A stretch of 63,341 nucleotides of DNA, filler included. It is 8 parts of 8 records of this genome, joined end to end, with 100 filler letters (N's around TTAATTAATTAA, not from the genome) between each part and the next. Parts side by side here need not be neighbours in the genome. Positions count along the whole stretch, not along the records: positions 50,162 to 53,306 come from SRR20825010_906; positions 53,407 to 59,448 come from SRR20825010_910; positions 59,549 to 63,341 come from SRR20825010_949; 5 more parts are not named here. One strand, 5' to 3'. The notes under the pieces were generated by a model, which did no database searches, was not told where the DNA came from, and saw nothing but the letters and a program-made list of their open reading frames with translations. Shown piece by piece: positions 50,162 through 60,254 of the stretch. Position 1 is the stretch's first letter. The number at the start of each line of letters is the position of its first letter. Position numbers and translations under genes: made by a program.

Positions 50162-50284
50162 ATCGGCGATGCCCTGAATTTCCAGCTCGTGCATGCCAAC
50201 GAAATCGGCAATCTGCTTAAAGCTGATCGTGGTGTTGTCCACCAGCCAGACGGCTGTGGCCTTTGCCATGAGCGGTTTTGCCAT
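50162..50284 (-). CDS. trcR: DUF1013 (TrcR-family) protein, N-terminal fragment
   Basis: Hand translation MAKPLMAKATAVWLVDNTTISFKQIADFVGMHELEIQGIAD; AGGAG RBS. Confidence 0.85.
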
Positions 50285-50396
50285 CTCTCGCATCTCCTAA
50301 ACAAATCTCTCCCGTCGCCTGGAAAGGCTGTCCCGGGATTGGGACGGTTTCCGTTGTCGGGGAACTTGGCGCGTATATAGTCGCAGGCAAGACGAA

Positions 50397-51065
50397 ATGA
50401 AAGCGGAAATCATGCGCACCCTCCTGATCTGGCTTTTCTCCGCCACCCTGGCCGTCCCTCTGGCCACCCCTCTGACTGCTGCCGAGGGCGACCGCCCCGG
50501 CGCCTTTGATTACTACGTTCTGGCGCTGAGCTGGTCGCCGACATGGTGCGCGCTCGAAGGCGATGCGCGGCGCTCCGAGCAATGCGAGGACAGCGCCGAC
50601 ACCGGCTGGGTGCTGCATGGTCTGTGGCCGCAATATCATCGCGGCTGGCCGAGCTATTGCCAAAGCGCCGAGCGCCCGCCGTCGCGCGCCCTGACCCGCG
50701 ACATGGCCGACATCATGGGCACTCCCGGTCTCGCCTGGTATCAATGGAAAAAACACGGGCGCTGTTCGGGCCTCTCGGCCCCGGCCTATTTCGCCCTGTC
50801 GCGCGAGGCCTATGACAGGGTCACCCGCCCCGAGGTATTTCGCAAGCTCAAGGACCCGGTGCGCCTGCCCGCGCATGTGGTCGAAGAGGCGTTTCTCAAG
50901 GCAAACTCGACGCTTGAGCGTGACATGATCACCATCACCTGCCGCGCGGGCCGCATTCAGGAGGCCCGCATCTGCCTGTCGAAATCGCTCGACCCGGTGC
51001 CCTGCGGGCGCGACGTGATCCGCGACTGCAGCTTGCAAGACGCGCTCTTCGATCCGATCCGGTGA
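50397..51065 (+). CDS. Periplasmic ribonuclease T2 family
   Basis: YYVLALSWSP, LHGLWPQ, YQWKKHG. Confidence 0.93.
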   Translation: MKAEIMRTLLIWLFSATLAVPLATPLTAAEGDRPGAFDYYVLALSWSPTWCALEGDARRSEQCEDSADTGWVLHGLWPQYHRGWPSYCQSAERPPSRALTRDMADIMGTPGLAWYQWKKHGRCSGLSAPAYFALSREAYDRVTRPEVFRKLKDPVRLPAHVVEEAFLKANSTLERDMITITCRAGRIQEARICLSKSLDPVPCGRDVIRDCSLQDALFDPIR

Positions 51066-51113
51066 CGGCTTTCTTGCAAAGAAAGCCGCCCGAAATCCTT
51101 TCGGGATTTCGCC

Positions 51114-51503
51114 CTAGATCTCGCCCGCCTCTTCCAGAACCTTGCGCGCCACCCGGAAACATTCGAGCCCCTGCGGCACCCCGCAATAGATCGCGATCAC
51201 ATGCACGATGGCGCGGATCTCGTCGCGGCTCACCCCGTTGTTGAGCGCCCCGCGGCAATGGGTTTCCCATTCATGCAGCTTGCCCAGCGCGCCCAGCATG
51301 GCGAGGTTCATCATGCTGCGGGTCTTCGGCTCGATCACCTCATCGCCCCAGCCAAAGCCCCAGCACCACGCCGTCATCGCCTCCTGAAACGGCCGGGTGA
51401 ACCCATCCGCCGCCGCCAGGTTCTTTTCGACATACTCCGCGCCAAGCGTGCCCTTGCGCTGCTCCAACCCCTTGAGGAAAAGATCCTCGTCAAAAACGCT
51501 CAT
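51114..51503 (-). CDS. Carboxymuconolactone decarboxylase family protein
   Basis: RSMMNLAML..H.RGALNNG...IYCGVP. Confidence 0.88.
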   Translation of the reverse strand: MSVFDEDLFLKGLEQRKGTLGAEYVEKNLAAADGFTRPFQEAMTAWCWGFGWGDEVIEPKTRSMMNLAMLGALGKLHEWETHCRGALNNGVSRDEIRAIVHVIAIYCGVPQGLECFRVARKVLEEAGEI

Positions 51504-51548
51504 AGCCCCATCCTTTGTTGCCCTGTCTTTGTTGCCCTGCCCGGCCCG

Positions 51549-53000
51549 TCACCTGACGCGGATCGCCACGTTCTTGGTCTGGACGTAATTCCACAGCGCC
51601 TCGCGGCCCTTCTCCCGTCCATAGCCCGATTTGCCATAGCCGCCAAAGGGTGTTTCGACCCCGCCCGCGAACCATTCATTGACGAAAACCTGACCGGCGC
51701 GGATCTTCTGCGCGGCCCGCGTCGCCCGGTCGAGATCGCGGGTGAACACCCCGCCGACCAGCCCATAGGGCGTGCCATTGGCGATGGCGATGGCCTCGGC
51801 CTCGTCGCGAAAGCTCAGCACCGAGAGCACCGGACCGAACACCTCTTCCTGCGCGATGCTCATCTCCGGGGTCACCCCGCTGAGAACCGTCGGCTCGAGA
51901 AACGCGCCGGGGATGTTCATCTTGCGCCCGCCCGCGGCCAGCGTCGCCCCCTGCCCCTCGGCCGCGGCCACCATATCGGCGGCGCGATCCCGCTGTGCCT
52001 CGCTCACCATGGCGCCCATCGTCGGGCCCATCTCGCCGCGCTCGATCCCCGGCCCGACCGAGAGCGATCTCGCCACGGCCACCGCCCGCTCGATAAGCTC
52101 GTCGCGGCGGCTTTCATGGACGATCACCCGGCTCATGGCGCTACAGACCTGACCCGCGTTGAAATAGATCCCCCAGCGAATGTCATTTTCAAACGCCTCG
52201 AGATCGGCATCCTCATAGACGATCGCCCCGGATTTACCGCCAAGCTCGAGCACACAGGGCACCACATTCTGCGCCGCCGCCGTGGCGATGGCGATGCCGG
52301 TGCGCACCGATCCCGTGAACACGATCTGGCGCACGCCCGGATGCGAAGACAGCGCCGCCCCCGCATCATGCCCCCAGCCGCAGAGGATGTTCACCGCACC
52401 CTTGGGCAGGCCCACCGCCTCGGCCGCATGGGCGAAATAGGCATTGCTGAGCGGCGTCAGCTCGGGCGTCTTGATCACCGCCGTATTGCCGGTGGCCAGC
52501 GCCGCCGACAGCGACCGCGCCGTCATCTCGAGAGGGTAGTTCCACGGGATGATCTGCGCCGACACGCCAAAGGGCTCGTAATGGGTGAAATCGAAATACT
52601 TCGCACCCAGCGGGATCGACCGGCCTTCAACCGTCTCGGCCTGATTGCCGTAATATTCGAAATAGCGCGCCGCGCCTTCCACCTCGATCCGCGCCTCCCA
52701 GAGCGGCTTGCCCTGTTCCAGCGACAGGATCGGCGCGATCTCCTCCACCCGGTCCAGCAGATAGCGCCCCATGGCCTGCACCATGCGCCCCCGCTCCACC
52801 GGCCGCAGCGCGGTGAGCACGCCCGACAGATGCACCCGTTCCGCCGCCGTCACCGCACGGTCCACATCACCGGCATCGGCCAGCGCCTGTTCGGCGAGCA
52901 CCGCGCCAGAGCCGGGGTTGATCACCTCAACCCGCCCCGCGCCGCCATCGACCCATGCGCCCTCGATGTAATTCTGCCAATAGGATTTGATCTCGCTCAT
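51549..53000 (-). CDS. Aldehyde dehydrogenase
   Basis: IIPWNYP, FTGS, LELGGKS, FNAGQVCSA, EEVFGP. Confidence 0.95.
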   Translation of the reverse strand: MSEIKSYWQNYIEGAWVDGGAGRVEVINPGSGAVLAEQALADAGDVDRAVTAAERVHLSGVLTALRPVERGRMVQAMGRYLLDRVEEIAPILSLEQGKPLWEARIEVEGAARYFEYYGNQAETVEGRSIPLGAKYFDFTHYEPFGVSAQIIPWNYPLEMTARSLSAALATGNTAVIKTPELTPLSNAYFAHAAEAVGLPKGAVNILCGWGHDAGAALSSHPGVRQIVFTGSVRTGIAIATAAAQNVVPCVLELGGKSGAIVYEDADLEAFENDIRWGIYFNAGQVCSAMSRVIVHESRRDELIERAVAVARSLSVGPGIERGEMGPTMGAMVSEAQRDRAADMVAAAEGQGATLAAGGRKMNIPGAFLEPTVLSGVTPEMSIAQEEVFGPVLSVLSFRDEAEAIAIANGTPYGLVGGVFTRDLDRATRAAQKIRAGQVFVNEWFAGGVETPFGGYGKSGYGREKGREALWNYVQTKNVAIRVR

Positions 53001-53306
53001 GCGGCGCCCTCTCTGTCACAGCCCCCGGCGCAGCCCTCTGCGCGGCGGCTTGCCTGTCCTTATCGGGGCCAGACCTGCCTGCATTCACGCCCCTGGGCTT
53101 TTACCATGGCGACAGAGCTTGCACGTTTGCGACTCACCTCCATTTTCTCCGGTCTATCCGCCCGGTGGCCCAGATAATCCCCGGCCAAATCCGCGATTTA
53201 CGAGCTCCGCCGCTCTTCGCGATCCTGCCGCATGGACGGTTCGAAATTGCGAAAACAGCCGCGCCCCGCGCTCTTCGCCGCGTAGAGCGCGATATCGGCA
53301 TCCTCC

Positions 53307-53406
53307 NNNNNNNNNNNNNNNNNNNNNNNNNNNNNNNNNNNNNNNNNNNNTTAATTAATTAANNNNNNNNNNNNNNNNNNNNNNNNNNNNNNNNNNNNNN
53401 NNNNNN
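53307..53406. other. Artificial contig spacer
   Basis: N-TTAATTAATTAA-N. Confidence 0.99.
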
Positions 53407-53776
53407 CGGCAATGCCGGAACCCAGACCCTGACCGTCGCTGTGCGGGCCCTGTCCATGCGTGAGCTGAGTTCCACCAACGCCTTCAAATTCGTGATGAAG
53501 GAAATGACGGTGGGCTCCCTCAATGGCGTGATGTTCGCGCTGATCGCGGCTGGTGCCTGTTGGGCCTGGTTCGGTGATCCGAAAATCGCGGCGGTGATGG
53601 GGGCGGCGATGGTGATCAATCTGTTTATCGCGGGTCTTTCCGGCACCCTGATCCCGATCACGCTTGAACGGTTCAAGATCGACCCGGCCGTTGCCTCCAC
53701 AGTGTTCCTCACCACGGTGACGGATGTCGTCGGATTCTTCACCTTTCTCGGGCTCGCGGCACTGTTCCTGATGTAG
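53407..53776 (+). CDS. mgtE: Magnesium transporter MgtE, C-terminal fragment
   Basis: GNAGTQ and DPAVAS..TTVTDVVG. Confidence 0.9.
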
Positions 53777-53783
53777 TAGATCG

Positions 53784-53801
53784 ATTGACGTTTACGTCAA
53801 T
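53784..53801. promoter_or_regulatory. LiuR operator
   Basis: ATTGACGTTTACGTCAAT palindrome upstream of the MerR gene. Confidence 0.85.
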
Positions 53802-53819
53802 TGGTGATTTTCTTTTCAG

Positions 53820-54212
53820 ATGCTTAAGGAAATCACCACGGCGGATCTTGCCCGCGAGTACGATCTGACAACACGGGCGATCCGGCATTATGAGGCCTTG
53901 GGGCTGATTACTCCGACCCGGCGCGGCCGCACGCGGATTTTCAGCCAGCGGGACAAGGTCCGTGTCGGTCTTATTGCGCGGGGGCGAAGGCTTGGCCTCT
54001 CCCTTGAGGAAATCCGCGAAATCATCGACCTTTATGACGCCGAGCGAGGTGAGGAGCGGCAGATCCTGCTGCTTCTCGGCAAGCTCCGGGCGCGGCGGGC
54101 CAAGTTGCAGGAGCAGGTTCGTGAGATGACCCTGATCCTGGACGAACTCGATGCCGTCGAAGCGAGCTGCATTGAGTCGTTGACGGATCTCGCCAAAGAC
54201 GGGAATGATTGA
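53820..54212 (+). CDS. liuR: MerR-family regulator of branched-chain amino acid catabolism
   Basis: LTTRAIRHYE..GLI.P.R, RGRRLGLSLEEI; operator and liu genes adjacent. Confidence 0.85.
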   Translation: MLKEITTADLAREYDLTTRAIRHYEALGLITPTRRGRTRIFSQRDKVRVGLIARGRRLGLSLEEIREIIDLYDAERGEERQILLLLGKLRARRAKLQEQVREMTLILDELDAVEASCIESLTDLAKDGND

Positions 54213-54225
54213 CGTGAACGTCAAT
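54208..54225. promoter_or_regulatory. Second LiuR operator
   Basis: ATTGACGTGAACGTCAAT overlapping the liuR stop. Confidence 0.8.
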
Positions 54226-54234
54226 GAAAGTCCG

Positions 54235-54696
54235 ATGTCCAGATTTCAGACACCCAATCCAGACTATGCCGTCCGTGTGCGGGAAAGCTTCGCGCGGCAG
54301 GCTTTCATGGCACATATCGGCGCCGCGCTTTCCGATGTCGCGCCGGGCCGCTGCGTGATTGATCTTCCCTACAGGGAGGAATTGACCCAGCAGCACGGCT
54401 TCTTTCATGGCGGCATCATCGGCACGCTGGCGGACAATGCCTGCGGCTATGCTGCCTTTACGCTGGCGCCGGCGGATGCCAGCATCCTGACCGTCGAATA
54501 CAAGATGAATATCGTCTCGCCCGGAGATGGGGAGCAGCTGGTTGCCAGGGCTGACGTTGTCAGGCCCGGACGCTCGCTCGTGGTCTGCCGGTGCGACGTT
54601 CTTGCAGTGAAGAACGGCACGGAAAAACTGGCCGCGACCGCGCTTGCCACAATGATGCTCATGCATGGTCGCGAAGACGACCGAAGCGGCAACTGA
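54235..54696 (+). CDS. PaaI family thioesterase
   Basis: [27 protein letters not shown]. Confidence 0.9.
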   Translation: MSRFQTPNPDYAVRVRESFARQAFMAHIGAALSDVAPGRCVIDLPYREELTQQHGFFHGGIIGTLADNACGYAAFTLAPADASILTVEYKMNIVSPGDGEQLVARADVVRPGRSLVVCRCDVLAVKNGTEKLAATALATMMLMHGREDDRSGN

Positions 54697-54728
54697 CGCC
54701 GTTAAATTGCAAAGCGGAGGAAACAAGA

Positions 54729-55901
54729 ATGATCCCGAATGATATCCCCTCGCTGAACTACGATCTGGGCGAGACCGCGGACATGCTGCGCGATGCGGTG
54801 CGTTCTTTCTCGGCGGACGAAATTGCGCCGCGTGCGGCGGAGATCGACCGGTCGAACGAGTTCCCGATGGATCTCTGGCCGAAGCTCGGCGCGCTCGGTG
54901 TGCTTGGCGTGACCGTGGACGAGAAATATGGCGGCGCCGGGATGGGCTATCTCGAGCACTCCGTTGCCATGGAAGAGATCAGCCGGGCCTCGGCATCTGT
55001 CGGCCTCAGCTACGGCGCTCACTCCAATCTCTGCGTCAACCAGATCCGGCTGAACGGCACCGAGGAGCAGCGGCAGAAATATCTGCCGAAGCTTATCTCC
55101 GGAGAGCATGTCGGCGCGCTAGCGATGAGCGAGCCCGGAGCTGGCTCTGACGTGGTTTCGATGAAGCTGCGGGCGGAGAAGAAGGGCGACCGTTACGTCC
55201 TGAACGGCACCAAGATGTGGATCACCAATGGTCCCGACGCGGACACGCTGGTGGTTTATGCCAAGACCGATCCGGACGCGCATCAGCACGGCATTACCGC
55301 TTTTCTGGTGGAGAAGGGCTTCAAGGGATTCTCGACGGCGCAGAAGCTGGACAAGCTCGGCATGCGCGGCTCGAACACCTGCGAGCTGGTGTTCGAGGAT
55401 TGCGAGATCCCGGAGGAGAACGTGCTCGGCAAACTGAATGGCGGCGCCCGGGTGCTGATGAGCGGGCTCGATTACGAGCGCGCGGTGTTGGCGGCCGGAT
55501 CGCTCGGCATCATGCAGGCCTGCATGGATATCGTCGTGCCCTACATCCATGAGCGTAAACAGTTCGGCAAGGCGATCGGCGAGTTCCAGCTCATGCAGGG
55601 CAAGATCGCCGACATGTATGTAACGATGAATTCAGCCAAGGCCTACGTCTATACCGTGGCGAAGGCGTGTGACCGGGGCGAGGTCACGCGCAAGGACGCC
55701 GCCGGCGCGATCCTCTATGCTGCGGAGAAGGCGACCTGGATGGCGCTTGAGGCGATCCAGTGCCTCGGCGGCAACGGCTATATCAACGACAATGCGACCG
55801 GGCGTCTGTTGCGGGATGCCAAGCTGTACGAGATCGGCGCCGGCACCAGCGAAATCCGCCGGATGCTGATCGGCCGCGAACTTTTCAAGGAAACTGCCTG
55901 A
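54729..55901 (+). CDS. ivd: Isovaleryl-CoA dehydrogenase (LiuA)
   Basis: [43 protein letters not shown]. Confidence 0.95.
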   Translation: MIPNDIPSLNYDLGETADMLRDAVRSFSADEIAPRAAEIDRSNEFPMDLWPKLGALGVLGVTVDEKYGGAGMGYLEHSVAMEEISRASASVGLSYGAHSNLCVNQIRLNGTEEQRQKYLPKLISGEHVGALAMSEPGAGSDVVSMKLRAEKKGDRYVLNGTKMWITNGPDADTLVVYAKTDPDAHQHGITAFLVEKGFKGFSTAQKLDKLGMRGSNTCELVFEDCEIPEENVLGKLNGGARVLMSGLDYERAVLAAGSLGIMQACMDIVVPYIHERKQFGKAIGEFQLMQGKIADMYVTMNSAKAYVYTVAKACDRGEVTRKDAAGAILYAAEKATWMALEAIQCLGGNGYINDNATGRLLRDAKLYEIGAGTSEIRRMLIGRELFKETA

Positions 55902-55914
55902 CCGGGAGGGCCAA

Positions 55915-56526
55915 GTGGCCATCGATCATGAAAACGGCCTGATCCATGAGGCTGACGGCAAGCCGCGCTGTTGGTGGTGTGCCGGAGACGATCTCTACCG
56001 TCATTATCACGATACCGAATGGGGGCAGCGGGCGCGGGACGACCGCACGCTGTTCGAGAAGATCTGCCTTGAGGGCTTCCAGTCCGGACTTTCCTGGCTG
56101 ACGATCCTCCGCAAGCGCGAGAATTTCCGCGCGGCCTTTGCCAATTTCGAGATCGAGAAGGTTGCTGCTTTCACCGACGCGGATATCGAGCGCTGTGTGC
56201 AGGATGCGGGGATTGTCCGGCACCGGGGCAAGATCGTCTCGACCATCAACAATGCGAGACGGGCCATCGAGCTGATCGAAAAGGAAGGCTCGCTCTCCGA
56301 CTATGTCTGGAGCTTCAGGGCGGAACATCGCGGGCCGGAGCGGCTCGACTTTGCGACCTTGCAGACCATGGCCACCACACCGGAATCGGCGGCCCTGTCG
56401 AAGGATCTGAAAAAGCGCGGCTGGAGCTTTGTCGGCCCGACCACCTGTTACGCATTCATGCAGGCCATGGGCATGGTCGATGATCATGTCGAGGGTTGTC
56501 ACGTTACTGTCGGGGAGCGACGGTAG
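55915..56526 (+). CDS. tag: DNA-3-methyladenine glycosylase I
   Basis: RC.W, YHDTEWG, LEGFQSGLSW, FVGPTT.YAFMQAMG..DH..C. Confidence 0.93.
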   Translation: MAIDHENGLIHEADGKPRCWWCAGDDLYRHYHDTEWGQRARDDRTLFEKICLEGFQSGLSWLTILRKRENFRAAFANFEIEKVAAFTDADIERCVQDAGIVRHRGKIVSTINNARRAIELIEKEGSLSDYVWSFRAEHRGPERLDFATLQTMATTPESAALSKDLKKRGWSFVGPTTCYAFMQAMGMVDDHVEGCHVTVGERR

Positions 56527-56559
56527 TGCGCGGCCAGCAAGAGCCGGAGGGAGGGTATA

Positions 56560-56961
56560 ATGATCGGAAAGCGCATCTATTCGGGCTCACCATTTGAGGA
56601 AATGGCCGGATATGCCCGTGCCGTTGTCGATGGCGACATGGTCTATGTCTCCGGCACGACGGGCTTCAATCCGGAGAGCATGAGCTTTCCGGATTCGGTG
56701 GAGGAGCAGGCCGAGCTTTGCTTTCAGAATATCCAGCGGGCGCTGATGCAGGCACGCAGCAATCTGGAGAACATGCTCCGGGTTCGGGTCTTCGTCGCCA
56801 GCCGGGAAGAGTTCGACCGGATCAAGCCGATCATCAAGAAATATTGCGATGCCGCCCGCCCGGCCAACACGACAATCATCTGCGACCTTGCCGAGGAACA
56901 GATGCGCGTCGAGGTCGAGGTGACGGCAAAAGCCATCGTACATCATGGTAACGAACGCTGA
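56560..56961 (+). CDS. RidA/YjgF family protein
   Basis: GYARAV, VYVSGTTG, RPANT, VEVEVTA. Confidence 0.9.
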   Translation: MIGKRIYSGSPFEEMAGYARAVVDGDMVYVSGTTGFNPESMSFPDSVEEQAELCFQNIQRALMQARSNLENMLRVRVFVASREEFDRIKPIIKKYCDAARPANTTIICDLAEEQMRVEVEVTAKAIVHHGNER

Positions 56962-56973
56962 GGGAGGCGAGGA

Positions 56974-57648
56974 ATGCCAACGGTTCTGATTACCGGAGCA
57001 AACCGGGGAATTGGTCTGGAACTGGCGCGTGCTTATGCGGCGGATGGATGGTCCGTGATAGGCGCCTGCCGCAACCCGGATGCGGCCACCGATCTCGCGG
57101 CCATCAAGGGTGTCGAGCTTTGCCCGCTGGACGTAACGGATGCGGCAAGCATTACGGCCATGGCGGAACGCTATAAGGGCCGTCCGGTCGATGTCCTGCT
57201 GAATAATGCAGGCATCATCGGCGGGCGTGGCATGCTGGCCGAGATCGATTATGCGGCCTGGGCCGATACGATGGAAACCAACCTGTTCGGGCCGACACGC
57301 ATCGCCGAGGCGATGAAGGATAATGTGCTGTCCAGTGACCGCAAGCAGATGGCCTTCATCAGCTCGAAAATGGGCTCGCTCGCGGAATGCACTGGCGGGT
57401 CCTACATCTACCGGTCCTCCAAGGCTGCGCTCAACATGGCCGTCAGATGCCTGTCGCTGGAATTTGCCGGAAATGGGCTCACCGCCGTGATGTTCCATCC
57501 GGGCCATGTGCGCACCGATATGGGCGGCGCGGCAGCTCCGGTTCTGCCAGTGGAAAGCGCAACCGGCATCAAGTCGGTGATCGACGGGCTGGCTCCGTCG
57601 GACAATGGGCGGTTCTTCAACTACGACGGGACGGAATTGCCGTGGTGA
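56974..57648 (+). CDS. SDR oxidoreductase (C-factor/CsgA-like)
   Basis: TGANRGIG, YRSSK, HPGHVRTDMGG. Confidence 0.9.
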   Translation: MPTVLITGANRGIGLELARAYAADGWSVIGACRNPDAATDLAAIKGVELCPLDVTDAASITAMAERYKGRPVDVLLNNAGIIGGRGMLAEIDYAAWADTMETNLFGPTRIAEAMKDNVLSSDRKQMAFISSKMGSLAECTGGSYIYRSSKAALNMAVRCLSLEFAGNGLTAVMFHPGHVRTDMGGAAAPVLPVESATGIKSVIDGLAPSDNGRFFNYDGTELPW

Positions 57649-57676
57649 CCGGCCACGGAGTTAAGGGAGCAAATCA

Positions 57677-58297
57677 ATGACCGATAACGGCACGGGCGGA
57701 AGTCCAATTATCTTTTATTACGACTATTCCTCACCATTCGCCTATCTGGCGGCACACAAGATCAACGAGCTGGCAAAGCTTTATGACCGGACTGTCGATT
57801 GGCGGCCGACCCTGCTCGGCGCGATCTTCAAGCTGAACGGTAACGCACCCTTGATGGACCAGCCGCTGAAAGGCGCATATTCCCGCCGGGATCTTTCCCG
57901 TTGCGCCCGCCTGATGGGGCTTCCTCTGGAGTTTCCGGAGAGTTTCCCGTTTCTGTCCGTGGCCGCCGCGCGGGCAACCTGGTGGCTGAAGGGCAAGGAC
58001 GAGGCTCTGGCGCAAAAAGTAGCGCTGGCCCTGTTCAATGCGGCTTTTCAGGAGCAGAAACCGATCAACAATGCCGAGGCGGTGATCGAGATTGCTGCTG
58101 CGAACGGTGTGGATCCGGACGAGCTTCGCGCAGCTCTTAACGATGCGAGCGTAAAGGAAAAACTGAAGACCGAGGTCGATGCATCGATAGAGGCCGGAGT
58201 GTGTGGTGCGCCGTTCTTCATTGTCGATGGCGAGCCGTTCTGGGGCGCCGACCGGCTCGATCATGTCGAGCGCTGGCTCAGCACCGGCGGCTGGTAA
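57677..58297 (+). CDS. HCCA isomerase / kappa-GST (DsbA-like) family
   Basis: [26 protein letters not shown]. Confidence 0.88.
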   Translation: MTDNGTGGSPIIFYYDYSSPFAYLAAHKINELAKLYDRTVDWRPTLLGAIFKLNGNAPLMDQPLKGAYSRRDLSRCARLMGLPLEFPESFPFLSVAAARATWWLKGKDEALAQKVALALFNAAFQEQKPINNAEAVIEIAAANGVDPDELRAALNDASVKEKLKTEVDASIEAGVCGAPFFIVDGEPFWGADRLDHVERWLSTGGW

Positions 58298-58307
58298 GGG
58301 TTCTCCA

Positions 58308-59448
58308 ATGACGGTTATCAAGACCGCCCTCGTGGGCCGGGACGAGACTTTCCAGCGCAATGCGGAGCGTATGCGGACACTTGTCGCGGATCTGCGGGAG
58401 CAGGTCGCCGGCGTCAAGCTGGGGGGCGGTGCCCGCAGTCAGGAACGGCATGTCGGTCGCGGCAAACTGCTGCCGCGTGACCGGGTCCGGACCTTGCTCG
58501 ATCCGGGCGCGCCATGGCTCGAATTTTCCCAGCTTGCAGCCCACGGCATGTATGGCGGGGACATCTCCTCCGGCGGGTTGCTGACCGGTATCGGACGGGT
58601 GATGGGCCAGGAAGTCATGATCATTGCCAATGATGCGACGGTGAAGGGCGGAACCTATTTTCCGATCACCGTGAAGAAGCATCTCCGGGCGCAGGAGATA
58701 GCCTGGGAAAACAGGCTTCCCTGCATCTATCTGGTGGATTCCGGTGGAGCATTTCTGCCCGAACAGGATGACGTCTTTCCGGACCGGGACCATTTCGGGC
58801 GGATTTTCTACAACCAGGCCAACATGTCCGCCGACGGTATTCCGCAGATCGCGGTGGTGATGGGGTCCTGCACGGCGGGCGGCGCCTATGTCCCGGCCAT
58901 GTCGGACGAGAGCATCATCGTCAAGGAACAGGGCACCATTTTTCTCGGCGGCCCGCCGCTGGTGAAGGCGGCAACAGGTGAGGTGGTCAGTGCCGAGGAT
59001 CTGGGCGGCGCCGACGTGCATTCCCGTATCTCCGGCGTGACCGATCATATCGCCCGGGACGATACCCACGCGCTTGGGCTGGCGCGCCGGATCGTCGGCA
59101 ACCTCAATCGTGTGAAGCGCCCGAGCCTCGCCGTGCGCGAGCCGGTCGAGCCGCTTTACCATGCGGAAGAGATCTATGGCGTCGTGCCGGAGGATACCCG
59201 GACGCCCTATGACGTGCGCGAGATCATTGCCCGCATTGTCGACGGATCGGAATTCGATGAGTTCAAACCGCTTTATGGGACAACGCTGGTCACCGGCTTT
59301 GCCCATCTCTGGGGCTATCCGGTCGGGATCATCGCCAATAACGGTATCCTGTTCTCGGAATCCTCCCTCAAGGGCGCTCATTTCATCGAGCTTTGCTGTC
59401 AGCGCGGCATTCCGCTCGTGTTCCTGCAGAACATCACCGGTTTCATGG
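58308..59448 (+). CDS. liuB: Methylcrotonyl-CoA carboxylase beta subunit, partial
   Basis: [35 protein letters not shown]. Confidence 0.9.
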
Positions 59449-59548
59449 NNNNNNNNNNNNNNNNNNNNNNNNNNNNNNNNNNNNNNNNNNNNTTAATTAA
59501 TTAANNNNNNNNNNNNNNNNNNNNNNNNNNNNNNNNNNNNNNNNNNNN
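59449..59548. other. Artificial contig spacer
   Basis: N-TTAATTAATTAA-N. Confidence 0.99.
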
Positions 59549-59549
59549 G

Positions 59550-60254
59550 CGCAGCCCGCTGGCGCGCGACATTGGAGCCGCCACCGGATTTGCGCTCGGG
59601 CTCGCCGCCCGTGCCATTGAGACCGATCGCATGGGACGCCGCGGCATCGTCTGGGTCAGCGATCCGGCCACCCGCGTCGATGGCGGCGGGCTTTTCCCGG
59701 CTGGCCTCGCCCAGTACGGGCTCGACCCGTCATCGATGACGATGGTCGAGCCCGGCGATCTGCAGGGCGCCATGTGGGCGGCCGACGAGGCGGCGGGCTG
59801 CGCCGGGCTGGCGGCGCTGATCTTCCAGATCAAGGGCAATCCGGCGCGCTTCGACATCACCGCCACGCGGCGGCTGATGCTGCGCGCGCGCCAAAGCGGC
59901 GTGCTGGCGCTGACGCTGCGGCAGAGCGGCGAGGAGGAGGCCAGTGCTGCGGCAACGCGCTGGCGGGTGAACACGGGACCATCGGGGGCGGACGACACTC
60001 TTGAACGTGGCGTGGGGGCAATGCGGCTGCTGCTCACGCTGGAACGCAACCGCGCCGGACGGACCGGCCAATGGCTTTTAGCCTGGAACCCCAAAGACAG
60101 AAGTTTCCACCATGCCGCTCCAGATCCAAGATCCCGCGCCAACCCGCCAGCGCATCCTCTCGATCGCCTTCCCGCACCTGCCGACCGACCGGGTGCACCG
60201 GGCCAGATGGGGCAAGTCCTGGATCGCCGGCAGGATTTTGGACGCGCATCCTGA
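59550..60254 (+). CDS. imuA: ImuA translesion synthesis accessory protein, 5' truncated
   Basis: WAADEA, TATRRL, SAAATRWRV; directly upstream of imuB and dnaE2. Confidence 0.85.
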   Translation, partial: RSPLARDIGAATGFALGLAARAIETDRMGRRGIVWVSDPATRVDGGGLFPAGLAQYGLDPSSMTMVEPGDLQGAMWAADEAAGCAGLAALIFQIKGNPARFDITATRRLMLRARQSGVLALTLRQSGEEEASAAATRWRVNTGPSGADDTLERGVGAMRLLLTLERNRAGRTGQWLLAWNPKDRSFHHAAPDPRSRANPPAHPLDRLPAPADRPGAPGQMGQVLDRRQDFGRAS

